64,000 bases of DNA from Clostridiales bacterium (GCA_022508305.1 JAFLVM010000001.1:962341-1026340), one strand, 5' to 3'. Numbered from the stretch's first letter, positions 36,063 to 44,833 are shown. A program made the numbers and translations. Notes: generated from the sequence alone by a model not told the origin.

Positions 36063-36276
36063 GTCACACCTCTCTAATATGAGTTCGGTTAATCTATTAT
36101 ATTTTTATCTGTTGTACTAAGTTGCAACGCTTGGTATCAAAAATATGTTTAAGTATAACACACCCTCGTGTAAAAATCAATAACGTATCGTCGCATTTTG
36201 TAATAACCGTTGACAGACGACCTGAAATAAAATATCATATAATTATCAACAAACAAAAAATAAAAGGAGATTTACA

Positions 36277-36846
36277 ATGAGAAGTATCACAAAGTTGGAT
36301 TTGCAGTACGCGCACAGATTTTACGGTTTCAAGGGTGAGGCTCAGTACCTTCACGGACATACGGGCGTGCTGACGATAGAAGTAGAAGACAGCATCGAAA
36401 GCGGTGTAAACATGGTTTTCCCCTGCAACGAAATCCGCAAGACGGCATGGGAAGTTTTGCAAAACTTTGACCACGCGCTTGTTTTGAGAGAGGACGATCC
36501 GCTGCTGCCGGCAATTCTTGGCGTATACGAGAAGCAGGGTATCAAGAACGGCGCACCCACCAATAAGCAAAAAGGGCCTGCTTTCAAGACGGAACTTGCA
36601 ACAGCGTATCCCGAGTGCCGTTTGGTTGTTACTAAGGAAACGATGACGGTTGAAGGAATGATCAAGATTGTCTACGACCTCTTGAAGGACAAGCTGAACA
36701 TTGTCCGCCTTACGTTTACAAGCGGTGTAAACGCAGCTACTGAAGAATACGCTCCCAAGCAAAGCCTTGGTCGTTGTCCCCTTTGCGGCATTGCCCTAAA
36801 CGAAAACGGCATCTGCCCCAAGTGTGGCTACAGACATACAAAGTAA
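36277..36846 (+). CDS. 6-pyruvoyl-tetrahydropterin synthase / QueD-like protein with C-terminal zinc ribbon
   Basis: AHRFYGF...YLHGHTG (PTPS His motif) and C-terminal CPLCG...CPKCG. RBS AAGGAG. Confidence 0.6.
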   Translation: MRSITKLDLQYAHRFYGFKGEAQYLHGHTGVLTIEVEDSIESGVNMVFPCNEIRKTAWEVLQNFDHALVLREDDPLLPAILGVYEKQGIKNGAPTNKQKGPAFKTELATAYPECRLVVTKETMTVEGMIKIVYDLLKDKLNIVRLTFTSGVNAATEEYAPKQSLGRCPLCGIALNENGICPKCGYRHTK

Positions 36847-36880
36847 AATCCCATTTTGATATAAAACACAACCCCATATA

Positions 36881-36910
36881 AAAAAGCAGAGAAAAATTCT
36901 CTGCTTTTTT
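36881..36910. terminator. Bidirectional terminator
   Basis: aaaaagcagag-aaaaatt-ctctgctttttt. Confidence 0.75.
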
Positions 36911-37016
36911 CATTTGGCGGAGCGGTAGTAACGTAAAGCGAATAATTGTAGATGCATCACTCATAACGTGAAGCAAATATTATCAATATAGGTTCTAAAG
37001 GCATTAAGGTGCTGCT

Positions 37017-37820
37017 TCAAATATGGTAACCTAAAGATTCAAGAGTAAATAACAAAAAGTATAAAATTGCTATTTCAAACGAAACATCTTCCTTTTCCAT
37101 TATTAATGCAACTAATCTTTCCTTATCTTTTGAAAGTTTAAATTCCACAAAAGGGTCATCTAATTTTTCTTTCTCGGCGTATGGATCTGCGTGTCCCCAC
37201 AATGACAGCGCAATACCAGCATAACCAGTTTCAATAATACGAATGCAGTTTTTTTGCGTAATTGAAGATGTTATGGCTTTTTCTGCGCTTAAATTTTTCG
37301 CTCGCATTATCTTTTTGAGCATATCCTGTGGATTTACAGCGTCTTTAAAATTAAAAGATACTTTAGGTCTTTTTTTACTTTTTGTAGGCTTATCCTCTAG
37401 GAAAACTGTTTTAAATACTTCTAATTTGGATTCATCGTCAAAATTCTTTAAGTATTCTTTCTCGTACGACTTCCAATCCGCAACAATCATACTCTCAACC
37501 ATATTGGTAAAAAATCCTTGCTTTTCTTGGTAAGTTTGTCTGTTAATCAATAAGAGTTTACCTAATTCTAATGCCGGCTCGGAAGCATTTATTAATTCAC
37601 TCCATTTATAAAAACCAGAGAGTCTAGCAATTATATGCTGAGCATTCATTAAGGAAAAAGAATCTTCATCGTCAATATCGAAATTGACAAGAATTTCCTC
37701 AATGTCATTAAAAAAGCGAGGACTATATTCATAGAACTCCTCGTTTTCATTGTACACTCGTGTTTTATAATCTTTGAAAAGATTTTTAGCTTGTTGTTTA
37801 AAAAATTCTATATTTGTCAT
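37017..37820 (-). CDS. Hypothetical protein in an AT-rich segment
   Basis: 267-aa ORF, markedly AT-rich. The N-terminal FFKQQAKNLFKDYK...AQHIIARLSGFYKWSELI pattern recurs in many uncharacterised bacterial proteins. Confidence 0.5.
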   Translation of the reverse strand: MTNIEFFKQQAKNLFKDYKTRVYNENEEFYEYSPRFFNDIEEILVNFDIDDEDSFSLMNAQHIIARLSGFYKWSELINASEPALELGKLLLINRQTYQEKQGFFTNMVESMIVADWKSYEKEYLKNFDDESKLEVFKTVFLEDKPTKSKKRPKVSFNFKDAVNPQDMLKKIMRAKNLSAEKAITSSITQKNCIRIIETGYAGIALSLWGHADPYAEKEKLDDPFVEFKLSKDKERLVALIMEKEDVSFEIAILYFLLFTLESLGYHI

Positions 37821-38154
37821 AATATACTCCTTATTTATTACGCTTATTGTCTATTAACATGCATCCGTAAACTTTGTAGACAATAAACCTTTAATAAAGA
37901 TTATATTATCATTTAATGGCTGATGAAATCTTTGCACGGACGAGCAGGCTTGCCATAAACCTAATTAAAAGTATATCAGAAGTTTAATTCATTGTCAATC
38001 AAAATGTAATCGTTATAAAAGTTTAATTAACTTCAAGTGTAACTATGATGTCGCCAAATATATGAAGTTTGTTTTAATATTTAATTGTTAATACAAAACT
38101 CAATCCTGTGTATCTAAAAAAGAACCCAATCCAAAGGTTCGGATTAGGTTCTTG

Positions 38155-38246
38155 TGGCGGAAGCGGTGGGATTCGAACCCACGTACCGCTTGAGGCGGTA
38201 ACCGCATTTCGAGTGCGGGCCGTTATGACCACTTCGATACGCTTCC
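38155..38246 (-). tRNA. tRNA-Ser (CGA)
   Basis: Reverse complement reads GGAAGCG..., anticodon loop CTCGAAA, long variable arm, GGTTCGAATCC T-loop, CGCTTCCGCCA 3' end. Confidence 0.85.
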
Positions 38247-38334
38247 GTATTAAATATTAATTAGTTTCGTGTTTTTGCTCTCTTATATAATTGTTGTGTG
38301 CAACCGTGGTCGGCGTTCGCTTCGCTCGGCTGAG

Positions 38335-38354
38335 GATCACTTCGATACGCTTCC
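38335..38354 (-). repeat. Orphan copy of the first 20 nt of tRNA-Ser(CGA) (19/20 identical)
   Basis: gatcacttcgatacgcttcc (38335-38354) versus gaccacttcgatacgcttcc (38227-38246). The sequence beyond it does not fold into a tRNA. Confidence 0.8.
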
Positions 38355-38442
38355 AATTTAATGCTCCTTGGATTTTGAGCATAATTATGTTACAACAATT
38401 TGGTGTAAATGTCAAATAGTTTGTGATTATACTGAATTTTAG

Positions 38443-39087
38443 TTAGAAAAATACTCCCGTGATGAAAATCTCCAGACCTATGGCAATCAGGATTACGCCG
38501 CCGAGGATTTGCGCTTTGTAACCCAACTTTGTTCCGAATTTTTTGCCTATGTACACGGAACCCAAGCTAAACCCAAACGTTATCGCCCCGATAATACCGA
38601 CGGAAATCAGCGCTTTCCACCAATCCGAGGCGGCGTTGTCGCCAGCAATTTTCACGAGCGAAAAGCCAGTTGACAGCGCGTCGATAGAGGTGGCGATAGC
38701 CTGTACAAACAATACCCCAAATGTAAGTCTGCGGGCGGTTTGTTGCGTCGAATTTTCCACCCCATTCTCATTTTCTGTGCGCTTTTTTTCTTTACGGATG
38801 TCTTTTATTCCGTCGTAAAGCATTTTGCCGCCGACAATTGCTAACAGCACCAATGCAATGTAGGGAATAAATTTTGTAAACTGTTCAAACTGCTCTGCGA
38901 CAAGACTGACGCACACCCAGCCAATCATGGGCATAAGCGCCTGAAAAAATCCGAACATGGCAGCAATCAACGCGGCTTTGCCAAACTTCATTTGCGGTTC
39001 GTTCAGTCCGTTACTCATAGATACGGCGCAAGCGTCCATTGTCAAGCCGACGCCCAAGCCCAAACTTACGAGAATAAGCTCCCACAT
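38443..39087 (-). CDS. mntP: Manganese efflux pump MntP-family protein
   Basis: LGLGVGLTMDACAVSMSNG and a second DALS..G repeat (DUF204 pair). I prefer the MWELILV start at 39087. Confidence 0.75.
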   Translation of the reverse strand: MWELILVSLGLGVGLTMDACAVSMSNGLNEPQMKFGKAALIAAMFGFFQALMPMIGWVCVSLVAEQFEQFTKFIPYIALVLLAIVGGKMLYDGIKDIRKEKKRTENENGVENSTQQTARRLTFGVLFVQAIATSIDALSTGFSLVKIAGDNAASDWWKALISVGIIGAITFGFSLGSVYIGKKFGTKLGYKAQILGGVILIAIGLEIFITGVFF

Positions 39088-39088
39088 A

Positions 39089-40156
39089 CTAAAAACTCCA
39101 CCCCAATAGTGTACGCAGCACAAGGTACACTAAGTACAAAGCGTACAAACCCAGTAGTACGAAACCGTGAGCCTTGCGCAATTTGCCACGCAAGCAGAAC
39201 ACAAACAGCAGCACAGTTACGGCGAGCATAAAGAACACGTCCACAAGTACCTGGCTACCGGTGGTTAGCGGGTTTACTGTGGCGGAAATGCCCAAAACGA
39301 ACAGCATATTGAAAATATTGCTGCCGATAACGTTACCCAGTGCAAGTTCATTTTGTCCTTTTTTCGCGGCAATGGTGCTTGTTACGAGTTCGGGCAGCGA
39401 CGTGCCGACGGCAACTATCGTCAAGCCCACGAGCGACTCGGCAAGGTCTTTGTCTACTTTGAGGGCAGAAGCGCCTTGAAGCGCCAAACCCTTTGCGCCA
39501 AACACAACGAACTGGCCGCCGAGAATGATTCCTGCCGCTCCAAGTACTACGAACAAAATTGCTTTCCACCAAGCCATATCCTTCACTTCGTCGGCTTCGT
39601 CTAATTCTTCGGGGTGGCGTTTTGCCCTAATAACCAAATAAACGACGTATGCAATAATTAGAACGACTAAAATTATGCCTTCCCAACGTGTAATTGCAAA
39701 GTCGCCAGTTGCTGAGTTCATGCCGAATAGACATACAAACAGTACCGTGAGCGCGGTTACGCCCAGCAATATTGGAAGTTCGCGCTTGCACAGGCTCTTT
39801 TTGACAACGATAGGGGTAAACACAACGGAAAATCCAAGCACTAACAAAATGTTGCAAATATTGGAACCAACGACGTTACCTATTGCTACGTTTGCATTTG
39901 CGCCATCGTGAATTGCCGAAATCGAGTCGGAAACGGACACGGCAAGTTCCGGCAGCGACGTGCCCATGGCAACTATCGTCAAGCCGATTATTAGCGGTGA
40001 AATCTTAAGTTTTTTTGCTATGGCGCTGGACGAATCCACGAACATATCGCAAAACTTCACCAGACAAAATACGCCAAGCGCCAAGCCAACAACGTACAGC
40101 GCGACCTGAACGCCTACGTGCCAATCTGCTATAAGACCGTCAAGAAACTCTACCAT
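39089..40156 (-). CDS. CaCA-family cation/Ca2+ (Na+/Ca2+-type, YrbG-like) antiporter
   Basis: 355 aa. Two alpha-repeats: GTSLPELAVS..GNVVGSNI and GTSLPELVTS..GNVIGSNI. Confidence 0.8.
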   Translation of the reverse strand: MVEFLDGLIADWHVGVQVALYVVGLALGVFCLVKFCDMFVDSSSAIAKKLKISPLIIGLTIVAMGTSLPELAVSVSDSISAIHDGANANVAIGNVVGSNICNILLVLGFSVVFTPIVVKKSLCKRELPILLGVTALTVLFVCLFGMNSATGDFAITRWEGIILVVLIIAYVVYLVIRAKRHPEELDEADEVKDMAWWKAILFVVLGAAGIILGGQFVVFGAKGLALQGASALKVDKDLAESLVGLTIVAVGTSLPELVTSTIAAKKGQNELALGNVIGSNIFNMLFVLGISATVNPLTTGSQVLVDVFFMLAVTVLLFVFCLRGKLRKAHGFVLLGLYALYLVYLVLRTLLGWSF

Positions 40157-40199
40157 ATCTTCCTCCCCGCAAGCCGCGGTTTTAGTGTGTGTAATTTAA

Positions 40200-40330
40200 G
40201 TTAAAAAAAGCGAGACAATACACCAACAGAAAAGTCAGCATAAGTCTCGTTCTTCAATGTCGAACCTGGATACTCCATGATGTAGGCGCGACAACTATTT
40301 AATTAGCGAACTACTCCCTTACGAGTGAAT
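40200..40330 (-). promoter_or_regulatory. Probable yybP-ykoY (Mn2+) riboswitch leader with terminator-like platform
   Basis: Minus-strand transcript reads CACUCGUAAGGGAGUAGUUCGC ... GGUUCGACAUUGAAGAACGAGACUUA. It has the GGGAGUAG and GACAU elements and P1 CUCGU/ACGAG. The downstream segment CGAGAC...GUCUCG plus U-run reuses the P1 3' strand. Confidence 0.55.
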
Positions 40331-40557
40331 TTATAGTAACACACTTTTAGAGTAATTTCAACCCTTTTCACGTGATTTACACAATTTAATTTTCGTATTT
40401 GCAGTAGAGCAATAGATTTTTGTTAAAAGGACTTGCTTTGTATAATTTCGATTATTACTATAAGCAAGAAATAAAACAGGAAATAATTGTGATAATAATT
40501 GACTATTTTGCATTTTTTTGCTATTCTAATGGGGCGACAGTAGAGCGCAACGAATTT

Positions 40558-40646
40558 GGAGAGATGGTCGAGCGGTTTAAGGCACACGCTTGGAAAGCGT
40601 GCGAGGTTAACAGCCTCCGCAGGTTCAAATCCTGTTCTCTCCGCCA
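40558..40646 (+). tRNA. tRNA-Ser (GGA)
   Basis: GGAGAGATGGTCGAGCGG..., anticodon loop TTGGAAA, long variable arm, GGTTCAAATCC, ...CTCTCCGCCA. Confidence 0.9.
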
Positions 40647-40670
40647 CAGGTTGGCTCGGTTGTGAGTCGT

Positions 40671-40704
40671 AAAAAAAGGAACGCGAATGAGCGTTCCTTT
40701 TTTG
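40671..40704. terminator. Bidirectional terminator
   Basis: aaaaaaaggaacgc-gaatga-gcgttcctttttt. Confidence 0.75.
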
Positions 40705-40712
40705 TTTGTAGG

Positions 40713-41066
40713 TTATTGATTGTCTATTGCTTCGATTTGTTTTATGTAAATTTCATTGCCTTGTAGCAAATAGGTGTGTTCGCTGCCGCAATGCGGGCAA
40801 GTTTTGCCGTGTTGAACGGTGGGGTAATCTTTTAAACAGTCTTCGCAATGTGTGATTGCGTCTATTCTTTCGATTATCAACTTAGAGTTTTCCAACACGG
40901 GCTCTTTTTTTATCGCCCAGTTCCAGCAATCCTCAAACAAATGTGGAATAACCGTGGAAACCTCTCCGATTTGGATGGTTACAGAGTTCAATTTCTTAAC
41001 GTTGTTCTCTGCAGCTATCTCGTTTATCTGTTTTATGCAGTGAAACACCACACCCAACTCGTGCAT
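40713..41066 (-). CDS. hypA: Nickel metallochaperone HypA
   Basis: 117 aa. N-terminal MHE Ni-binding motif, Zn site CEDC...CPHCG. Confidence 0.85.
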   Translation of the reverse strand: MHELGVVFHCIKQINEIAAENNVKKLNSVTIQIGEVSTVIPHLFEDCWNWAIKKEPVLENSKLIIERIDAITHCEDCLKDYPTVQHGKTCPHCGSEHTYLLQGNEIYIKQIEAIDNQ

Positions 41067-43927
41067 TAGTCTTTCTTCTCCTTAAAGGCCTTCTTTCTCG
41101 CCTTAACGAATTCCTTGTCGGCTTTGTCTTTCTTTGCGAAAACAACTTTTACCGCGCGCTTAGCCATGTAGGGCAAGATGTGTTTGAACTTGTCTTCGGC
41201 AACGACCATTTTGCTCGCCTCGGGATGGTCGCGGTGCAGTGTGATTGCGTCAAACTTGCACTTTGTCGTGCAAATTCCGCAACCGATACATCTGTTTTCG
41301 TCCACGACGGTGGTTCCGCAACCAAGACAGCGTGACGTTTCAATCTTGACTTGCTCTTCCGTCAAGGTCTTGTGCGCGTCCGTAAACTTTGCGTGAACGG
41401 CCTCGTCCATACCTGCTTCCTGACGTGAGGAGTTGTCGTAGCTTTCTACGCGTACGTCGCCCGTGTTGAATTGAATGAACTCTCTGCGGTTTCTGCCGAT
41501 AGTCATGTGACCGTGTTGAACGTAGCGGTGGAGTGACTCGGCAGCTTCGTGTCCTTGCGCGATTGCGTCAATGGCAAATTTCGGTCCTGTGTAAACGTCG
41601 CCGCCAACGAAGATGTCTTCTTGAGCCGTTTGATAGGTCAAGCTGTCTGCAACGGGTCCGTTGCCTCTACCGAACTCTACCTTGCTGCCCTTTAGCAAAT
41701 CTCCCCAAACGATAGTTTGACCGATAGCGAATATAACCTTGCTTGCAGGAACGGTTATCGTGCTTGCTTCATCGTATACGGGAGCAAATTTGCCGTTTTC
41801 GTCGTATACGCGAACGCATTTCTTGAATACGACTCCAACTGCTTTGCCATTTTCCGTAAGTACTTCCTTGGGACCCCAACCGCAGTTAATTTCTACGCCG
41901 TCCTCTCTTGCTTCGGCAATTTCTTCCTTGCTTGCGGGCATAATGTCTTCCGTTTCAAGGCAGAGCATAGTAACCTTTGTCGCTCCGCTACGGGCAGACA
42001 CGCGAGCCGCGTCAATTGCGACGTTACCGCCGCCGACGACTACGACTTCGCCCTTTGTTGCGACCTTGCCTGTGTTGGCAATCTTGAGATAGTCAACAGC
42101 CGTCGTTACGCCGTCCGCATTTTCGCCTGCGATACCGGGCAATCTGCCGCCTTGGCAACCGATAGCAACGTAGAATGCTTTGTAGCCTTGCTCGCGCAGT
42201 TGGTCGATTGTAACGTCCTTGCCAACTTCAACGCCGAGACGGATTTCTACGCCCATTTCCTTCATAACGTCGATTTCCGCTTGAACGACGTCTTTTTCCA
42301 GCTTGTAAGAGGGAATGCCGTAGGTCAGCATACCGCCCGCCTTTTCGTTCTTTTCGAAAACGGTGGGGTAGTAGCCCATTTGCGCAAGATAGTAGGCGCA
42401 AGACAATCCCGCAGGGCCTGCGCCGATAATTGCGATTTTCTCTTTCCAATGGCCTCTGTTGGAGGCGACTACTATTTCGGGTACGTATCTGTGTTCGGCG
42501 TGTAAATCCTGTTCGGCAATAAATTTCTTTACCGCGTCGATGGACACAGCTTGGTCGATTGTTCCGCGAGTACAAGCGTCCTCGCAACGGCGGTTACACA
42601 CTCTGCCGCAAACAGCGGGGAACGGGTTTTCCTTTTTGATGATTGCCAACGCTTCTCTGTATTCGCCTTGAGCTGCCTTTTTGAGGTAGCCTTGAACGGC
42701 AATGTGAGCGGGGCAGGCTGTTTTACAGGGAGCGGTGCCCGTTTCGTGGCAGTTGATGCGGTTTTTGTCGCGATAGTCCTCATCCCACATGTGTTCGCCC
42801 CAAGCAAGCTTGTCGGGGAGTGGTTGTTTGGGGTAGGTTACCTCGCTGCCGTCCGCTTTACACAGCTTTTGACCGAGTTTCAACGCTCCTGCGGGGCAGT
42901 ACTCTACGCAAGCGCCGCAAGCAACGCACTTTTGTCTGTCAACGTGCGCGCGGTAAGCGGACGCGGACATATTAGGCGTGTTGAACAGCTGTGACGTACG
43001 CAGCGCGTTACAAATTTTCACGTTGCAGTTGCAGATAGCAAAAATTTTGTTTTCGCCGTCGATGTTGGTAATTTGGTGAACGAAACCGTTGTCTTCGGCG
43101 CGCTTCAGTATTTCCATTGCCTGTTCGTAGGTGACGTCGTAGCCTCTGCCCGTTTCGCGGCAGTAGTCAGCCATGTCGCCAACGCCTATGCACCAACCTT
43201 GATAGTCGTCCGCGCAGCCTTCGTCAAGTTTCTTTCTTCCGTAGCGGCATGAGCAGATGGATGCGCCAATGTGTCCTTCGTAGCGTTTGAGCCAGTAGGA
43301 AATGTGCTCGATGTCCATGGTGGTGTTTTCCATGGCAATGGCTTTTTCTACGGGAATGACGTGCATACCGATACCCGAACCGCCTGCGGGTACCATTGCA
43401 GTAACTTTTTCGAGTGGCAAGAACGTCATACGCTCGAAGAACATTGCAAGCTCGGGGTGTTTGTCCATGAGCTTGATGTTCATGTTGGTGTATTCTGCCG
43501 AACCGGGAACAAACAACGGTATCCAGTAGTGTCTGTCCTCTTTGTTGTAGGTGGTGCCGGGAATAGGTCCTTCCTTGGTGTACTTGTCGCCGTAGTCGTA
43601 CTCGAACAGCCCGAACATTGAAAGCTGTTCGGCTACTGCGTCAAAGGTTGCATCGTCGTAGCCTGACAGTTGTTTCAATTCGGCGTAAGGATATTTCTTT
43701 CTTACTTTCATTTTGAGGAGCAAATCCAACGAGAGTTCGCGCTCTTCGGGCGTCATTTCGTCCTCGAAAATGCAGGCAAAGCCCCAATATTCGGGGTCTT
43801 CGGATTTAATTCCCTTTACCTTGCCCGGCAGTCTGTCGGTTACGCGACGGACAAACTTCAACAGCTTGGGGTTGGGATTTTTGTCATGCATGTGCGCGGG
43901 TACAAATCTTTTACTCATTTCCGGCAT
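41066..43927 (-). CDS. Multidomain Fe-S flavoprotein oxidoreductase: Cys-rich N-domain + ferredoxin domains + GltD/YgfK-like NAD(P)H/FAD module
   Basis: 953 aa. CVACGACVEYCP, GltD-type CKTACPAHI...CGRVCNRRCEDAC, IAIIGAGPAGL and VVVGGGNVAID dinucleotide folds, C-terminal CLGCG...CIGCGICTTKC. Confidence 0.7.
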   Translation of the reverse strand: MPEMSKRFVPAHMHDKNPNPKLLKFVRRVTDRLPGKVKGIKSEDPEYWGFACIFEDEMTPEERELSLDLLLKMKVRKKYPYAELKQLSGYDDATFDAVAEQLSMFGLFEYDYGDKYTKEGPIPGTTYNKEDRHYWIPLFVPGSAEYTNMNIKLMDKHPELAMFFERMTFLPLEKVTAMVPAGGSGIGMHVIPVEKAIAMENTTMDIEHISYWLKRYEGHIGASICSCRYGRKKLDEGCADDYQGWCIGVGDMADYCRETGRGYDVTYEQAMEILKRAEDNGFVHQITNIDGENKIFAICNCNVKICNALRTSQLFNTPNMSASAYRAHVDRQKCVACGACVEYCPAGALKLGQKLCKADGSEVTYPKQPLPDKLAWGEHMWDEDYRDKNRINCHETGTAPCKTACPAHIAVQGYLKKAAQGEYREALAIIKKENPFPAVCGRVCNRRCEDACTRGTIDQAVSIDAVKKFIAEQDLHAEHRYVPEIVVASNRGHWKEKIAIIGAGPAGLSCAYYLAQMGYYPTVFEKNEKAGGMLTYGIPSYKLEKDVVQAEIDVMKEMGVEIRLGVEVGKDVTIDQLREQGYKAFYVAIGCQGGRLPGIAGENADGVTTAVDYLKIANTGKVATKGEVVVVGGGNVAIDAARVSARSGATKVTMLCLETEDIMPASKEEIAEAREDGVEINCGWGPKEVLTENGKAVGVVFKKCVRVYDENGKFAPVYDEASTITVPASKVIFAIGQTIVWGDLLKGSKVEFGRGNGPVADSLTYQTAQEDIFVGGDVYTGPKFAIDAIAQGHEAAESLHRYVQHGHMTIGRNRREFIQFNTGDVRVESYDNSSRQEAGMDEAVHAKFTDAHKTLTEEQVKIETSRCLGCGTTVVDENRCIGCGICTTKCKFDAITLHRDHPEASKMVVAEDKFKHILPYMAKRAVKVVFAKKDKADKEFVKARKKAFKEKKD

Positions 43928-43928
43928 A

Positions 43929-44618
43929 TTACTTACCTTCCTTCTTCCATTGTGTAATATTGTATTTTAGCCATTCGGCAAATTTGTCAATTCCATCCCC
44001 TGTTTTTGCGCAAATAGGAATAACTTGCGCGTTGGGATTTCTCATCTTGATGTATTCTTTACATTTTTCGAGGTCGAAATCGAAGTATGGCGCGACGTCC
44101 ATTTTGTTGATAAGCACGAGGTCGCATATTGAAAACATCAATGGGTATTTCAGCGGCTTGTCGTGTCCTTCGGGAACGGAAAGGATCATGCAGTTTTTAC
44201 TTGCTCCCGTGTCGAACTCGGCAGGACAAACGAGATTGCCGACGTTTTCCAAAATCACAAGATCGGTGTTGGTTAGGTCAAGTCCGTTGAGTCCCTGTCT
44301 TGTCATTTCCGCGTCAAGGTGACACATTCCTCCCGTGTGCAACTGAATGGACTGTACGCCCGTTGCCTCTTTAATTTTGATGGCGTCAACGTCGGAATCA
44401 ATGTCCGCTTCCATAACGGCAATTCTTACGTCCTTTTTCAGGCTGTTGATGGTTTTAATCAAGGTCGTCGTTTTGCCGCTGCCCGGTGATGACATCAAAT
44501 TGAGCAGAAACACACCCTTTTGTCGCAATTCACTGCGAAGAACGTCCGCGTCTCTGTCGTTGTCTTCGAAAATGCTTTTTTTGATTTCAATTACTCTTAC
44601 TTCGTCCATAAAAGACAC
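43929..44618 (-). CDS. hypB: Nickel-incorporation GTPase HypB
   Basis: 229 aa. P-loop SSPGSGKTT, ENVGNLVCPAEFD, INKMD. Confidence 0.85.
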   Translation of the reverse strand: MSFMDEVRVIEIKKSIFEDNDRDADVLRSELRQKGVFLLNLMSSPGSGKTTTLIKTINSLKKDVRIAVMEADIDSDVDAIKIKEATGVQSIQLHTGGMCHLDAEMTRQGLNGLDLTNTDLVILENVGNLVCPAEFDTGASKNCMILSVPEGHDKPLKYPLMFSICDLVLINKMDVAPYFDFDLEKCKEYIKMRNPNAQVIPICAKTGDGIDKFAEWLKYNITQWKKEGK

Positions 44619-44704
44619 CTCAAAACATACGACTAAATTGTAACTAAATTGACGGTAAAAGTCAATATGAATAAATATTTATAAAATGAAATTCAAGATA
44701 AATT

Positions 44705-44766
44705 ATTTTATTTCATTACTGGTTTTTTTATTTTGTTTCATTGCTATCGCGTATTTTGTTTCATTA
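44705..44766. repeat. Three direct repeats ATTTT(A/G)TTTCATT(A/G) spaced 23-24 bp, upstream of hypB
   Basis: Copies start at 44705, 44729 and 44752. They lie between the upstream terminator and the hypB start. Confidence 0.6.
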
Positions 44767-44782
44767 GCTGCCGCGCTGCAAC

Positions 44783-44816
44783 ATAAAAACACCCAATATT
44801 GAGGCTTGGGTGTTTT
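44783..44816 (-). terminator. Terminator of the PRC-barrel gene
   Basis: aaaacaccca-atattgaggct-tgggtgtttt. Confidence 0.65.
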
Positions 44817-44833
44817 GTGATTAATATATACGT

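Noticed and set aside
36235-36762. 175-aa minus-strand ORF opposite the QueD-like gene
   Set aside because: The plus-strand product has PTPS motifs, a zinc ribbon and a good RBS. The minus-strand ORF has no motifs.
40420-40665. Two ~80-aa ORFs on opposite strands (40420-40665 on the plus strand, 40423-40647 on the minus strand)
   Set aside because: Both overlap tRNA-Ser(GGA) and AT-rich spacer. They are artefacts of the tRNA sequence.
44705-44766. Could the three repeats be a mini CRISPR array?
   Set aside because: The repeats are only ~14 nt, AT-rich and imperfect, with ~10-nt spacers. There are no cas genes. A promoter-region repeat is far more plausible.
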